Source: Alphaproteobacteria bacterium (GTDB lineage Bacteria; Pseudomonadota; Alphaproteobacteria; UBA828). From it: DNA of 64,000 bases. Each line of letters starts with the position of its first letter. The stretch's first letter is position 1. Below the pieces are notes generated by a model. It ran no database searches. It was not told the DNA's origin and saw only the letters and a list, made by a program, of their open reading frames with translations. Made by a program: the position numbers and the translations under genes. The stretch lies in contig CBDCCI010000002.1 of the NCBI GenBank assembly GCA_965214705.1, positions 1,152,001-1,216,000 on the forward strand, read 5' to 3'. Positions 38,843 through 47,308 of this stretch are shown one piece after another.

Positions 38843-40557
38843 TGGGCGGCCCCGCCGCGGATGAGCTGGCCGGGGTGCGCTCCCGTCGGGTCCCCGTCTC
38901 TCAGCGTGACGGCGCCGCTCACCACCGTGGCGGCGAAGCCATCGGCCTTCTGCACGAGCCTGCGGGCGCCACCGGGCAGGTCCCGTTGAACCGTGGGCAG
39001 GCGCGGCCTCACCGTCGCCTCGTCGAAGACCACGATATCGGCCGTGAAGCCGGGGCGCAGCAGGCCCCGGTCGTGCATGCCCCAGGCGGAGGCATTGTCG
39101 AACGTCAGCATCCGCACCGCTTCTTCCAGGGTGAACGCCTGCTTGGTCCGCACCCAGTAGCTCAGCAGGTGGGTCTGGAGCGATGAGCCCATCTCCTGGC
39201 AGACGTGCGCGCCGGAGTCGGAAAAAGTGGCGAGAGAGTGGGGGCTCTTCAGCATCCGGCGAACCTCGTCCGGCGTTTCGTTCACCAGCGGCTGGACGAA
39301 CACCAGGTCCTCGTTTTCCGTCATCAGGTCGAGCATGACCTCGACAGGGTGCCGCCCGGAGGATTGCGCCAGCTCCTCGATGCTGGGGTCATCCCAGTTC
39401 ACGTCGAACATCGGAAACAGGTTGGCGTAGTCCGGCTTCATCGGATTTGTCGTGGCGGCGCCGCCACCTTGGAATTCGGTACTCCGGGGTTGCATCCCCG
39501 CTTCGGCCGCGACGAGGCCGGCGCGGGTATCCGGGTCGCGGAAGCGGACCTGCTGCTCCTCTACCGAGAGGCCGCGGATATCGCTCCAGACCGGCAGGGC
39601 ATCGAACGGAAGGTAGGACTTCAGCGAGAACACGGCGTTGATCGATTTCGTGGTGGCCTGTCCCAAGACCCGCCCCCCTTGCGCTGCAACCTCGTCCATC
39701 CAGTCGAACTGGAACTCGAGAGGGTTGGGTTGATCGCCCTGGCGCGTAGAAAGGACTCCCAGCATCAGCGGCCGGCGGCTTGAGACCGCAATCTTGGTCA
39801 GCTCGTCCAGGCATGCGCGCTGCGCCTCGCCGCCGGAGACATCGGGCCCGACCTGGAAGATGCCGGCGTTCAGCTCGGCCATCGCCTGCACCAGGTGCGC
39901 GATCTCCGCCCAGTTTCCGATGCGGCTTGCCACCGGGCCGCCGTCCGGGCGGATGTGGGTGGTGGCCCTGGACGACGACAACCCCATGGCGCCGGCGCGG
40001 AGCGCCTCCTGCACCAGGTTCGCCATCAGCCTGAGGTCATCCTCGCCGGCCTCCTCGTCCAGCGCGCGATCGCCCATCGCGTACATCCTGAGAGCCGAGT
40101 GCCCGATGTAGGCGGCGTAGTTGATGGCCTTCGGGAACGATTCAACCGCCGCGAGATACTCCGGGAAGGTCTCCCAGCGCCAGTCGATCCCGCTCACCAT
40201 GGCTTCCTTGGGGATGTCCTCGACCGCCTCCAAGCACTCGGCGAACCACTCTCGTGCCCCCGGTTTGCAGGGCGCCAGCGCGAACCCGCAATTGCCCATG
40301 ACCACGCTGGTCACGCCGTGCCAGCAGGAGCAGGTGCCTGCCGGGTCCCACGCCACCTGTGCGTCCATGTGGGTGTGGCCGTCGATGAAGCCGGGTGCGA
40401 CGATCATGCCCTCCGCGTCGATCGTCTCGTCGGCGGGGCTGGAAATTCGGCCGATTTCCGCGATTCGGCCCTGCCTGACGCCGACGTCCGCCCGGTAACG
40501 GGGCATGCCCGAGCCGTCCACCAGGGTTCCGTTGCGGATCAGCAAATCGAACGTCAT
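38839..40557 (-). CDS. N-acyl-D-amino-acid deacylase family amidohydrolase
   Basis: APGFIDGHTHMDAQ, GVTSVVMGNCG, SDSGAH, DRGLL..G..ADIVVFD. Confidence 0.9.
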   Translation of the reverse strand: MTFDLLIRNGTLVDGSGMPRYRADVGVRQGRIAEIGRISSPADETIDAEGMIVAPGFIDGHTHMDAQVAWDPAGTCSCWHGVTSVVMGNCGFALAPCKPGAREWFAECLEAVEDIPKEAMVSGIDWRWETFPEYLAAVESFPKAINYAAYIGHSALRMYAMGDRALDEEAGEDDLRLMANLVQEALRAGAMGLSSSRATTHIRPDGGPVASRIGNWAEIAHLVQAMAELNAGIFQVGPDVSGGEAQRACLDELTKIAVSSRRPLMLGVLSTRQGDQPNPLEFQFDWMDEVAAQGGRVLGQATTKSINAVFSLKSYLPFDALPVWSDIRGLSVEEQQVRFRDPDTRAGLVAAEAGMQPRSTEFQGGGAATTNPMKPDYANLFPMFDVNWDDPSIEELAQSSGRHPVEVMLDLMTENEDLVFVQPLVNETPDEVRRMLKSPHSLATFSDSGAHVCQEMGSSLQTHLLSYWVRTKQAFTLEEAVRMLTFDNASAWGMHDRGLLRPGFTADIVVFDEATVRPRLPTVQRDLPGGARRLVQKADGFAATVVSGAVTLRDGDPTGAHPGQLIRGGAAH

Positions 40558-40724
40558 CGGCCAAATCTCCGGACGGTGTTAGTGACAGGAGAACGCTATC
40601 AGCCGAGACGATCGGCGACAACGCGCCGGGGCATCCCCGGTTCCGGCCCCATCCCGCACCGCCTTGCCCCAGGCCTGGCACGCACCTATCGTGGCCGCCT
40701 GACAAGGCGAGGGGAGAAGCCGGC

Positions 40725-41054
40725 GTGAGCGGCGATCCGGGGCGCGGGGTGCACGACATGGGCGGTCTGCCCGCCGGTTCCATTGACCGGGCGGAGCACG
40801 CGCATGCGCTCTGGGAGAAGCGGGTCGACGCGCTCATGGTGCTGCTCGGGAGCCCCGAGCGGCGCGTGATTACCGTGGACCAGCTCCGGCGCGGTATCGA
40901 GCAGCTCGGCACCGAGGCCTACGAGGCGATGAGCTACTACGAGCGCTGGATGGCCTCCATCACCAACACGCTGCTCGCCGAGGGGGTCATCTCCTCCGAC
41001 GAGCTCGGCCGCCGCATGGCCGAGGTCGAGAAACGCGGAGAGGGCGCCCGCTGA
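40725..41054 (+). CDS. Nitrile hydratase beta N-terminal-like subunit (ScnB-like)
   Basis: VHDMGG, WEKRVDAL, DQLRRGIE, YYERW. Confidence 0.88.
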   Translation: MSGDPGRGVHDMGGLPAGSIDRAEHAHALWEKRVDALMVLLGSPERRVITVDQLRRGIEQLGTEAYEAMSYYERWMASITNTLLAEGVISSDELGRRMAEVEKRGEGAR

Positions 41055-41344
41055 TGGCGGCTCGCTTCGCCGTGGGCGACCGCGTGGCCGTGCGCCGCGC
41101 CTTCCCGCTCGGCCATATCCGCACGCCCTTCTATGCGCGGGGCGCGGTCGGCGACGTGGAGCGCATCTGCGGCGACTTCGGCAATCCCGAGGAGCTGGCG
41201 TTCGGGCGCAGGGACCGCCCCAAGCAGACCCTCTACCGCGTGCGTTTCGCCCAGACCGCGCTCTGGCCGGACTACAACGGCGCGGCCGGCGATACCATCG
41301 ACATCGAGCTCTACGAGCATTGGCTCGAACCCGCGACGGAGTGA
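41054..41344 (+). CDS. Nitrile hydratase beta C-terminal SH3-like subunit (ScnA-like)
   Basis: FAVGDRV.V, GHIRTPFY.RG, LYRVRF, LWPDY, IELYEHWLEP; TGATG coupling. Confidence 0.88.
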   Translation: MAARFAVGDRVAVRRAFPLGHIRTPFYARGAVGDVERICGDFGNPEELAFGRRDRPKQTLYRVRFAQTALWPDYNGAAGDTIDIELYEHWLEPATE

Positions 41345-41347
41345 GCG

Positions 41348-41977
41348 ATGGCAAGCCATGTCCACGACCACGCCCACGATCATCGTCCGCCGCCCGACGA
41401 GGACGGCCCGCTCAGCTACTACGAGACCATGGAGATCGCCGTCCGCGAGCTCCTGATCGAGAAGGGGGTCTTCGGCGCCGACGACGTGCGCGCGGCGATC
41501 GAGGCGATGGACGCCCGCAGCCCCGCGAAGGGAGCGCAAGTCGTGGCCCGCGCCTGGACCGACCCAGCCTTCAAGAACGCGCTGTTGGCGGATGGCTCTA
41601 AGGCTTGTGCCAGCATGGGCATCGAGCTCGGGCCGCTGCGCCTCATCGCCGTCGAGAACACCGCGAGCGTGCACAACGTCATCGTCTGCACGCTCTGCTC
41701 GTGCTATCCGCGCAACCTCCTGGGCCTCCCGCCGGATTGGTACAAGGCGAGAGCGTACCGCTCCCGCGTGGTGCGCGAGCCCCGCGCCGTGCTGCGCGAG
41801 TTCGGCACCGAGGTGCCCGACGACGTGACCGTGCGGGTGCACGATTCCACCGCCGATATGCGCTACATTGTCGTGCCCCGGCGGCCCGCCGGCACCGAGG
41901 GCTGGGAGCCCGAGCGCCTCGCCGCGCTCGTGACCCGCGACTGCATGATCGGCGTGACGGTTCCGAAGACCCCCTGA
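41348..41977 (+). CDS. Cobalt-type nitrile hydratase alpha / thiocyanate hydrolase gamma-like subunit
   Basis: VVARAWTDP, VCTLCSCYP (Co-type motif), YRSRVVREPR, HDSTADMRY, RP.GT. Confidence 0.93.
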   Translation: MASHVHDHAHDHRPPPDEDGPLSYYETMEIAVRELLIEKGVFGADDVRAAIEAMDARSPAKGAQVVARAWTDPAFKNALLADGSKACASMGIELGPLRLIAVENTASVHNVIVCTLCSCYPRNLLGLPPDWYKARAYRSRVVREPRAVLREFGTEVPDDVTVRVHDSTADMRYIVVPRRPAGTEGWEPERLAALVTRDCMIGVTVPKTP

Positions 41978-42042
41978 CGCCGGCGCGGCGGCGCGCCTGC
42001 AGACGCCGGGCCGCTATACCGTGAGAAGGATCGAGTTGAGCC

Positions 42043-43719
42043 ATGCATGATCTCGTAATTCGCGGCGCGATGGTGGCGGATGGCGTCGGCAACCCACTGA
42101 TCCAGGCCGATGTCGCCGTCAGCGGCGAGCACATCGTCGAAGTCGGCGACGTGACCGAGAGCGCGCGGGAGACGGTCGACGCCGACGGCCTCGTGCTCGC
42201 ACCGGGCATCGTCGACGTGCACACCCATTACGACGCCCAGGTCACCTGGGAGAGCCAGGTGACGCCCTCGCCCTCGCTCGGCGTCACCACGGTGGTCATG
42301 GGCAACTGCGGCTTCAGCATCGCGCCCTGCCCGCCGGACCGGCGCGAGCAGATGGCGCGCAACCTGGCCGAGGTCGAGGGTATGTCCATCGCTGCGCTAG
42401 AAGCCGGGATCGACTGGGGCTTCGAGAGCTTCCCGGAGTATCTGGCGCAGCTGCGGCGCAAGGGCTGCTATCCCAACGCCGGCGTCTTCGTCGGCCACTC
42501 GGCGGTGCGCACCACGGTGCTCGGCGCCGAGGCTTCGGAGCGCGCAGCGACCGAGGACGAGATCGCCACCATGCGCGGCATTGTGAAGGAGGCGATGGAG
42601 GCCGGCGCCATCGGCTTCGCCACCTCGACCTCGATCAATCACAACGGCGATGGCGGGGTGCCGATGCCCTCCCGGCTGGCGGAAGACGACGAGTTGCGCG
42701 CGCTGGTGGGCGTGCTCGGCGAACTCGGCCGGGGAACCTTCCAACTCACCGTCGGCCCGAGCATGACGGTGGAGCGTCTGGAGAGCATGGCCGCCCAAAC
42801 CGGCCGGCCGATCTTCATGACGGCCGCCCTCCACAACGATACCTTCCCCGACCGCGCCATCGGGATGCTGGAGGGCGCCGCCGCCGCGCAGAGTCGCGGC
42901 AACGGGGTGTGGGCCCAGGTCTCGTGTCAGCCACTCTGCATGGATTTCTCCATGCGGACCGCCTTCCCGCTGCAAAGTCTCGATGCCTGGGAGCCGCTGC
43001 ACACGGCATCGGACGAGGATTTCCTGGCGATCGTCGGAAGTCAGGACTTCCGCAACAGGTTCCGGGAGGACCTGGAAAAGCCGAAGCAGGGCAAGATCTT
43101 CTACGGCGATTGGCGGCGGGTCGAGCTGGCGATGGCGGCGACGCCGGCGCATCGGACGCTGGAAGGCGAGACCATCGAGGCCATCGCCGGGCGCGAGGGC
43201 CGCGATCCGGTCGACGTCATGTTCGACATCGTCGTGGACGAGAAGCTGGGCACCACCTTCAACGCCGCCCTGCTCAACGCCGACGAGGCGGCGGTGGAAG
43301 AGCTGCTGCTTCACGACGCCGGCCTCATCAGCCTGTCGGACGCCGGCGCCCACCTTTGCTATCTCTGCGATGCCGGCTACGGCCTGCACCTGCTCGGTCA
43401 CTGGGTGCGCGACAAGGGCGTGTTCGATCTGGCGGACGGCATCCGCCGGGTCACCAGCATGCCGGCGCGGCTCTACGGCATCGCGGATCGCGGCGAGATC
43501 GCGCCCGGCAAGTTCGCGGATCTCATGCTGTTCGATCCGGCAACGGTCGGGCGCGGTGCGATCCGGCGGGTCGACGATCTGCCCGGCGGCGAGAGCCGGC
43601 TGGTGCGCGACGCGAGCGGGGTGCACAGGGTCTGGGTCAACGGCACCCGCGTCTACGACGAGGACGGCTACCGCGACGTGCCGCCCCCTGGCCACGTGCT
43701 CGACCGCTATCTGAGTTAG
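42043..43719 (+). CDS. N-acyl-D-amino-acid deacylase family amidohydrolase
   Basis: APGIVDVHTHYDAQ, GVTTVVMGNCG, SDAGAH, DRG...G..ADL. Confidence 0.9.
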   Translation: MHDLVIRGAMVADGVGNPLIQADVAVSGEHIVEVGDVTESARETVDADGLVLAPGIVDVHTHYDAQVTWESQVTPSPSLGVTTVVMGNCGFSIAPCPPDRREQMARNLAEVEGMSIAALEAGIDWGFESFPEYLAQLRRKGCYPNAGVFVGHSAVRTTVLGAEASERAATEDEIATMRGIVKEAMEAGAIGFATSTSINHNGDGGVPMPSRLAEDDELRALVGVLGELGRGTFQLTVGPSMTVERLESMAAQTGRPIFMTAALHNDTFPDRAIGMLEGAAAAQSRGNGVWAQVSCQPLCMDFSMRTAFPLQSLDAWEPLHTASDEDFLAIVGSQDFRNRFREDLEKPKQGKIFYGDWRRVELAMAATPAHRTLEGETIEAIAGREGRDPVDVMFDIVVDEKLGTTFNAALLNADEAAVEELLLHDAGLISLSDAGAHLCYLCDAGYGLHLLGHWVRDKGVFDLADGIRRVTSMPARLYGIADRGEIAPGKFADLMLFDPATVGRGAIRRVDDLPGGESRLVRDASGVHRVWVNGTRVYDEDGYRDVPPPGHVLDRYLS

Positions 43720-43720
43720 C

Positions 43721-43736
43721 CCGGCTCCGGAGCCGG
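43721..43736. terminator. 16-bp palindrome between convergent stop codons
   Basis: CCGGCTCCGGAGCCGG; role inferred from position only. Confidence 0.3.
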
Positions 43737-43743
43737 AAGGCCG

Positions 43744-44709
43744 TCACTGGTCGGCGCCCGCTTGCGGGACTGCCGGGGTGGGCGTGGCGTCGCTGATGAA
43801 CGGCCGCTCCGCCCTGGGCGCGATGGCGGGTTCGGGCTCGCCACTCTCGGTGACCGTCACCCGCACCTCCAGGCTGGACTCCCCGCCGCCGAACACCGCG
43901 CCCCGCGTCGGCGCCGCGTCGGCATAGTCGCGGCCCACGGCGATGCAAACATGGCGATGATCGGCGATGGTGTCGTTGGTGGGGTCGATGCCGAGCCAGC
44001 CCAGATCGGGCAGCAGGAATTCCGCCCAGGCGTGGCTCGCGCCTTCGGGCGTCTGCTCGCCCGGCGCGCCTTCCCGATGCAGGTAGCCCGAGACGTAGCG
44101 GCTCGGAATCCCCCAAGCGCGCGCGATGGCGATCATCACGTGGGTGTAGTCCTGGCAGACCCCGCTGCCGGTCTCCAGGATGTGCTCGATCGGCGAATCC
44201 ACCGCCGTGCTGCCCGGCTCGTAGCGGAACGCCCCGTGCAGCGCGCGGCCCAGCTCCAGGAGGGAGGAGAGGGGATCGCCGCCCTTGCGCAACCCCTTGT
44301 TCTCGGTGAAGGCTGCGAGCGCCGGGCTCGCACGCGCGAAGCGGCTCGGCGCCAGGAACTCCCAATGCCCGAGCGGGGCCGCGGCCTCTGCCAGCGCGTC
44401 CCAGGCGTTCCCCTCCATGCGCTCCGGCAGGTCGGGCGCCGGCGCGGTCTCCACCTCCGCCCGCGAATGCACGGCGGTGTGCTCGTGCGTCCGATGGATG
44501 TTGAACAGGTGGCAGGCGTTGCCGAAGGAGTCCTCGAACGCGAGCGGCGCGGCGACGGGGTCGATGTCGAGGGCGAAGGAGGCGACCCGCTGCCCGCCGT
44601 CCGCCCGCGGTTGCAGGCGCAGCACCATCAGACTGCCCTGCGCCGGCGCCTCGTAGCGAAAGTCCGAGAGGTGCTCGACCAGGAATCGCCGCGGCGTGTC
44701 TCTGCTCAC
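43744..44709 (-). CDS. Transglutaminase family protein (bacterial N-terminal domain plus catalytic core)
   Basis: GVCQDYTH, RYVSGYL, SHAWAE, DPTN, GRDYAD; own GTG at 44709 overlaps the alpha-E TGA at 44706-44708. Confidence 0.9.
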   Translation of the reverse strand: MSRDTPRRFLVEHLSDFRYEAPAQGSLMVLRLQPRADGGQRVASFALDIDPVAAPLAFEDSFGNACHLFNIHRTHEHTAVHSRAEVETAPAPDLPERMEGNAWDALAEAAAPLGHWEFLAPSRFARASPALAAFTENKGLRKGGDPLSSLLELGRALHGAFRYEPGSTAVDSPIEHILETGSGVCQDYTHVMIAIARAWGIPSRYVSGYLHREGAPGEQTPEGASHAWAEFLLPDLGWLGIDPTNDTIADHRHVCIAVGRDYADAAPTRGAVFGGGESSLEVRVTVTESGEPEPAIAPRAERPFISDATPTPAVPQAGADQ

Positions 44710-45681
44710 GATGCGTCCTTGACCTCGTAGTCGAAGTAGGCGGCCGCGATGTCCTGGTGCAGCAGCCGGCATGACTCGCCGATCTCCCGCAGCGCCGCGC
44801 GCGTGGCGTCGTCGTCCCCCGCGGTCGCGGTCGGGCCAGTCATGGTCGATGCTGGCGACCATGCGGCCCGCGCGGCGCTCCGCTTCGATCTTGAGCGCCG
44901 GGCCCACAGCCACGGCGTCGAGCGCGTCGACGATGCGCCCGAGCGCATGGCGGATCGAGTGCGACAGCGAGGGGTCGGTGACCAGGAAGTCGACCATGCG
45001 GCTCGGGCTGCGTTCCAGGGAGTAGAGGCGGCGGTAGGCGAAGTGTGCCTCGCTGATCCAGAGCAGGGAGAGCCAGTCCGCTTCGCAGTCGGGCGCGTCG
45101 GTGGGGAACAGCGCGATGTGCGCGTCCATCAGCGCGGCGGTAGACTGTACCCGCTCGACGAAGCGCCCGAGCTGGAGGAAGTGCCAGCCGTCGTCCCGGT
45201 AGATCGTGCCCTCCGCGACGCCCGAGATGGTGCGGATGGCGCCCTCGGTGCGCTCGTAGAACGAGCCGGGCTGGTCGTTCCAAATGTTCTCGATCTCGAC
45301 ATCGCGCAGGTCGAAGTAGGCGAGGTTGAGGGCTGACCACATCTTGTCGGGAATGATGTTGCGCACCTGCCGGGCGCTCTCGCGCGCCGCCGCGAAGCAG
45401 TTGCGGATCGCATCGGGGTTGGTCGGCTCGAAGGTCAGGTCGTCGGCCAGCGTGTAGGCGTCGGCCAGCATGAAGTCTTCGTCGTCGGGCGGCGGCTCCA
45501 GGTGGCCGCCCAGCGGGGTGCGGCCGGCGGCGATGTAGAGGCGCCGCCAACTCTGGTCGATCTGCTCGACCGGCCGGTCCTCGATGATGATGAACTGCTC
45601 CGCCAGCAGGCGGCAGCCGTTCTGCGCCCGCTCCAGATAGCGGGCCATCCAGTAGAGGCCTTCGGCGGTGCGTGAGAGCAT
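44706..45681 (-). pseudogene. Alpha-E domain (DUF403) gene with a +1 frameshift in a G5 run; as sequenced it reads into the transglutaminase
   Basis: MLSRTAEGLYWMARYLERA, W.FLQLGRFVER; native-looking tail LLHQDIAAAYFDY lies in another frame; span 976 nt = 3n+1; C5 run at 44816-44820. Confidence 0.75.
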
Positions 45682-45685
45682 CGGC

Positions 45686-47185
45686 CTACTCGGAGAGCAC
45701 CCAGAGGTCCTTGCCGCCGCCGCCCTGGCTCGAATTCACGACGAGCGAGCCCTCGACCAGGGCGACGCGGCAGAAGGCGCCGGGGACGAGGCGGGTCTCG
45801 TTCCCGCGCAGCACGAAGGGGCGGAGGTCGACGTGGCGCGGAGCGGCGCCCGTCTCCGTCAGGCAGGGCGAGACCGAGAGGTCGAGCACCGGCTGGGAGA
45901 TGTAGTTGGCCGGGTTTTTCCGCAGCTCTTCGGCGTAGGCCGCGCGCTGGTCGGGCGTGGCGTGGGGGCCGACCAGCATGCCGTATCCGCCTGATTCGCC
46001 GACCATCTTGACCACCAGCTTGTCCAGGTTGTCGAGCGTGTACTCCAGCCCCTCCGGCTCCCGGCAGATGCGGGTGTCCACGTTGGCGAGCAGCGGCTCC
46101 TCGCCCAGGTAATAGCGGATCATCTCCGGCACGTAGACGTAGACGCTCTTGTCGTCGGCGACACCCGTGCCCGGCGCATTCGCGATGGTCACGTTGCCGA
46201 GCCGATAGGCATAGAAGAGCCCCGGCGTGCCCAGCTGCGAATCCGGGCGGAACGCCAGCGGGTCGATGAAGTCGTCGTCGATGCGGCGGTAGATCACGTC
46301 CACCTTCTTCAGCCCGGCGGTGGTCCGCATGTAGACGAAGCCGTTGTGGACCAGCAGGTCGCTGCCCTGCACCAGCTCCACACCCATCTCCTGCGCCAGG
46401 AACATGTGCTCGTAGAAGGCGGAGTTGTAGACGCCGGGCGTCAGCAGGACGATGCAGGGATCGGAGACGCCGGGTGGCGCAAGCTCGGTGAGCGTCTGCC
46501 GCAGCAGCTGGCCGTAGTGCTCGATGCCGCGCACATGGTGGCGCCGGAACAGGTTGCGCAGGCTGGTCTTCAGCGCGCGCCGGTTGGCCAGCATGTAGGA
46601 GACGCCGGAGGGCACGCGCAGGTTGTCCTCCAGCACCACGAAGCCGTCGTTGGTGCGCACGATGTCGGTGCCGCAGAGCGCGACGTAGACGCCGTGGGGC
46701 ACCTCGAGGCCCCGCATCTCGACCCGGTACTGCGGGCAGCCCCGCACCAGGTCCACCGGCACCACCCCGTCCTCGAGGATCCGCCCCGGCCCGTAGACAT
46801 CGGCGAGGAAGCGGTTCAGCGCCTCCAGCCGCTGCCGCAGGCCCCGCTCCACCAGGTCCCAGTCGGCGGCATCGACGAGCCGCGGCAGAAAGTCGATGGG
46901 GATGATCCGCTCCTGCGCGCCGTCCTCGCCGTAGACCGCGAAGGTGATCCCCTGATGCAGGAAGGAGCGCTCGGCGTACTCCTGCATGGCGGCGATTTCG
47001 GCCGGGCGCATCCCGTCGAGCGCCTCGCAGAGCTCCCGGCAATGCGCGCGCGGCACGCCGGTGGCCTCGAACATCTCGTCGTAGAACGCCGGGCGGGTTT
47101 CGTATTCGGCGAAGAGCCGCCGTCCCGCGTCTGCCGGCCCCTCGCTACCGTCCCCCGATGGTCTGCCGCGCGAATCGCGCTGCAT
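45686..47185 (-). CDS. Circularly permuted type 2 ATP-grasp protein (DUF404/407)
   Basis: YDEMF, GITF.VY, VLEDNLRVPSGVSYML, VDVIYRRIDD, GVADDK, RHVDLRPF, VVNSSQGGGGKD. Confidence 0.95.
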   Translation of the reverse strand: MQRDSRGRPSGDGSEGPADAGRRLFAEYETRPAFYDEMFEATGVPRAHCRELCEALDGMRPAEIAAMQEYAERSFLHQGITFAVYGEDGAQERIIPIDFLPRLVDAADWDLVERGLRQRLEALNRFLADVYGPGRILEDGVVPVDLVRGCPQYRVEMRGLEVPHGVYVALCGTDIVRTNDGFVVLEDNLRVPSGVSYMLANRRALKTSLRNLFRRHHVRGIEHYGQLLRQTLTELAPPGVSDPCIVLLTPGVYNSAFYEHMFLAQEMGVELVQGSDLLVHNGFVYMRTTAGLKKVDVIYRRIDDDFIDPLAFRPDSQLGTPGLFYAYRLGNVTIANAPGTGVADDKSVYVYVPEMIRYYLGEEPLLANVDTRICREPEGLEYTLDNLDKLVVKMVGESGGYGMLVGPHATPDQRAAYAEELRKNPANYISQPVLDLSVSPCLTETGAAPRHVDLRPFVLRGNETRLVPGAFCRVALVEGSLVVNSSQGGGGKDLWVLSE

Positions 47186-47308
47186 GGATTGTGCTCGTAC
47201 TCTGCCGAATTCGACATGATTGTTGTTTGGAACCCAGGCGATTCGCAAGCGCGCCGGCCGCCGCGTCACGAAGAACCTGGCCGGCGTCCAGCACCGGCCT
47301 GACATAGA

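Noticed and set aside
41978-42020. Possible degenerate third copy of the 112-bp repeat
   Set aside because: Only a short GC-rich resemblance (GCGGCGCGCC...CGCCGG), not distinguishable from chance
43744-45681. 645-aa ORF as an evolved alpha-E/transglutaminase fusion
   Set aside because: The linker is Arg/Gly-rich off-frame sequence, and the native alpha-E tail and transglutaminase start are both intact; treated as a frameshift
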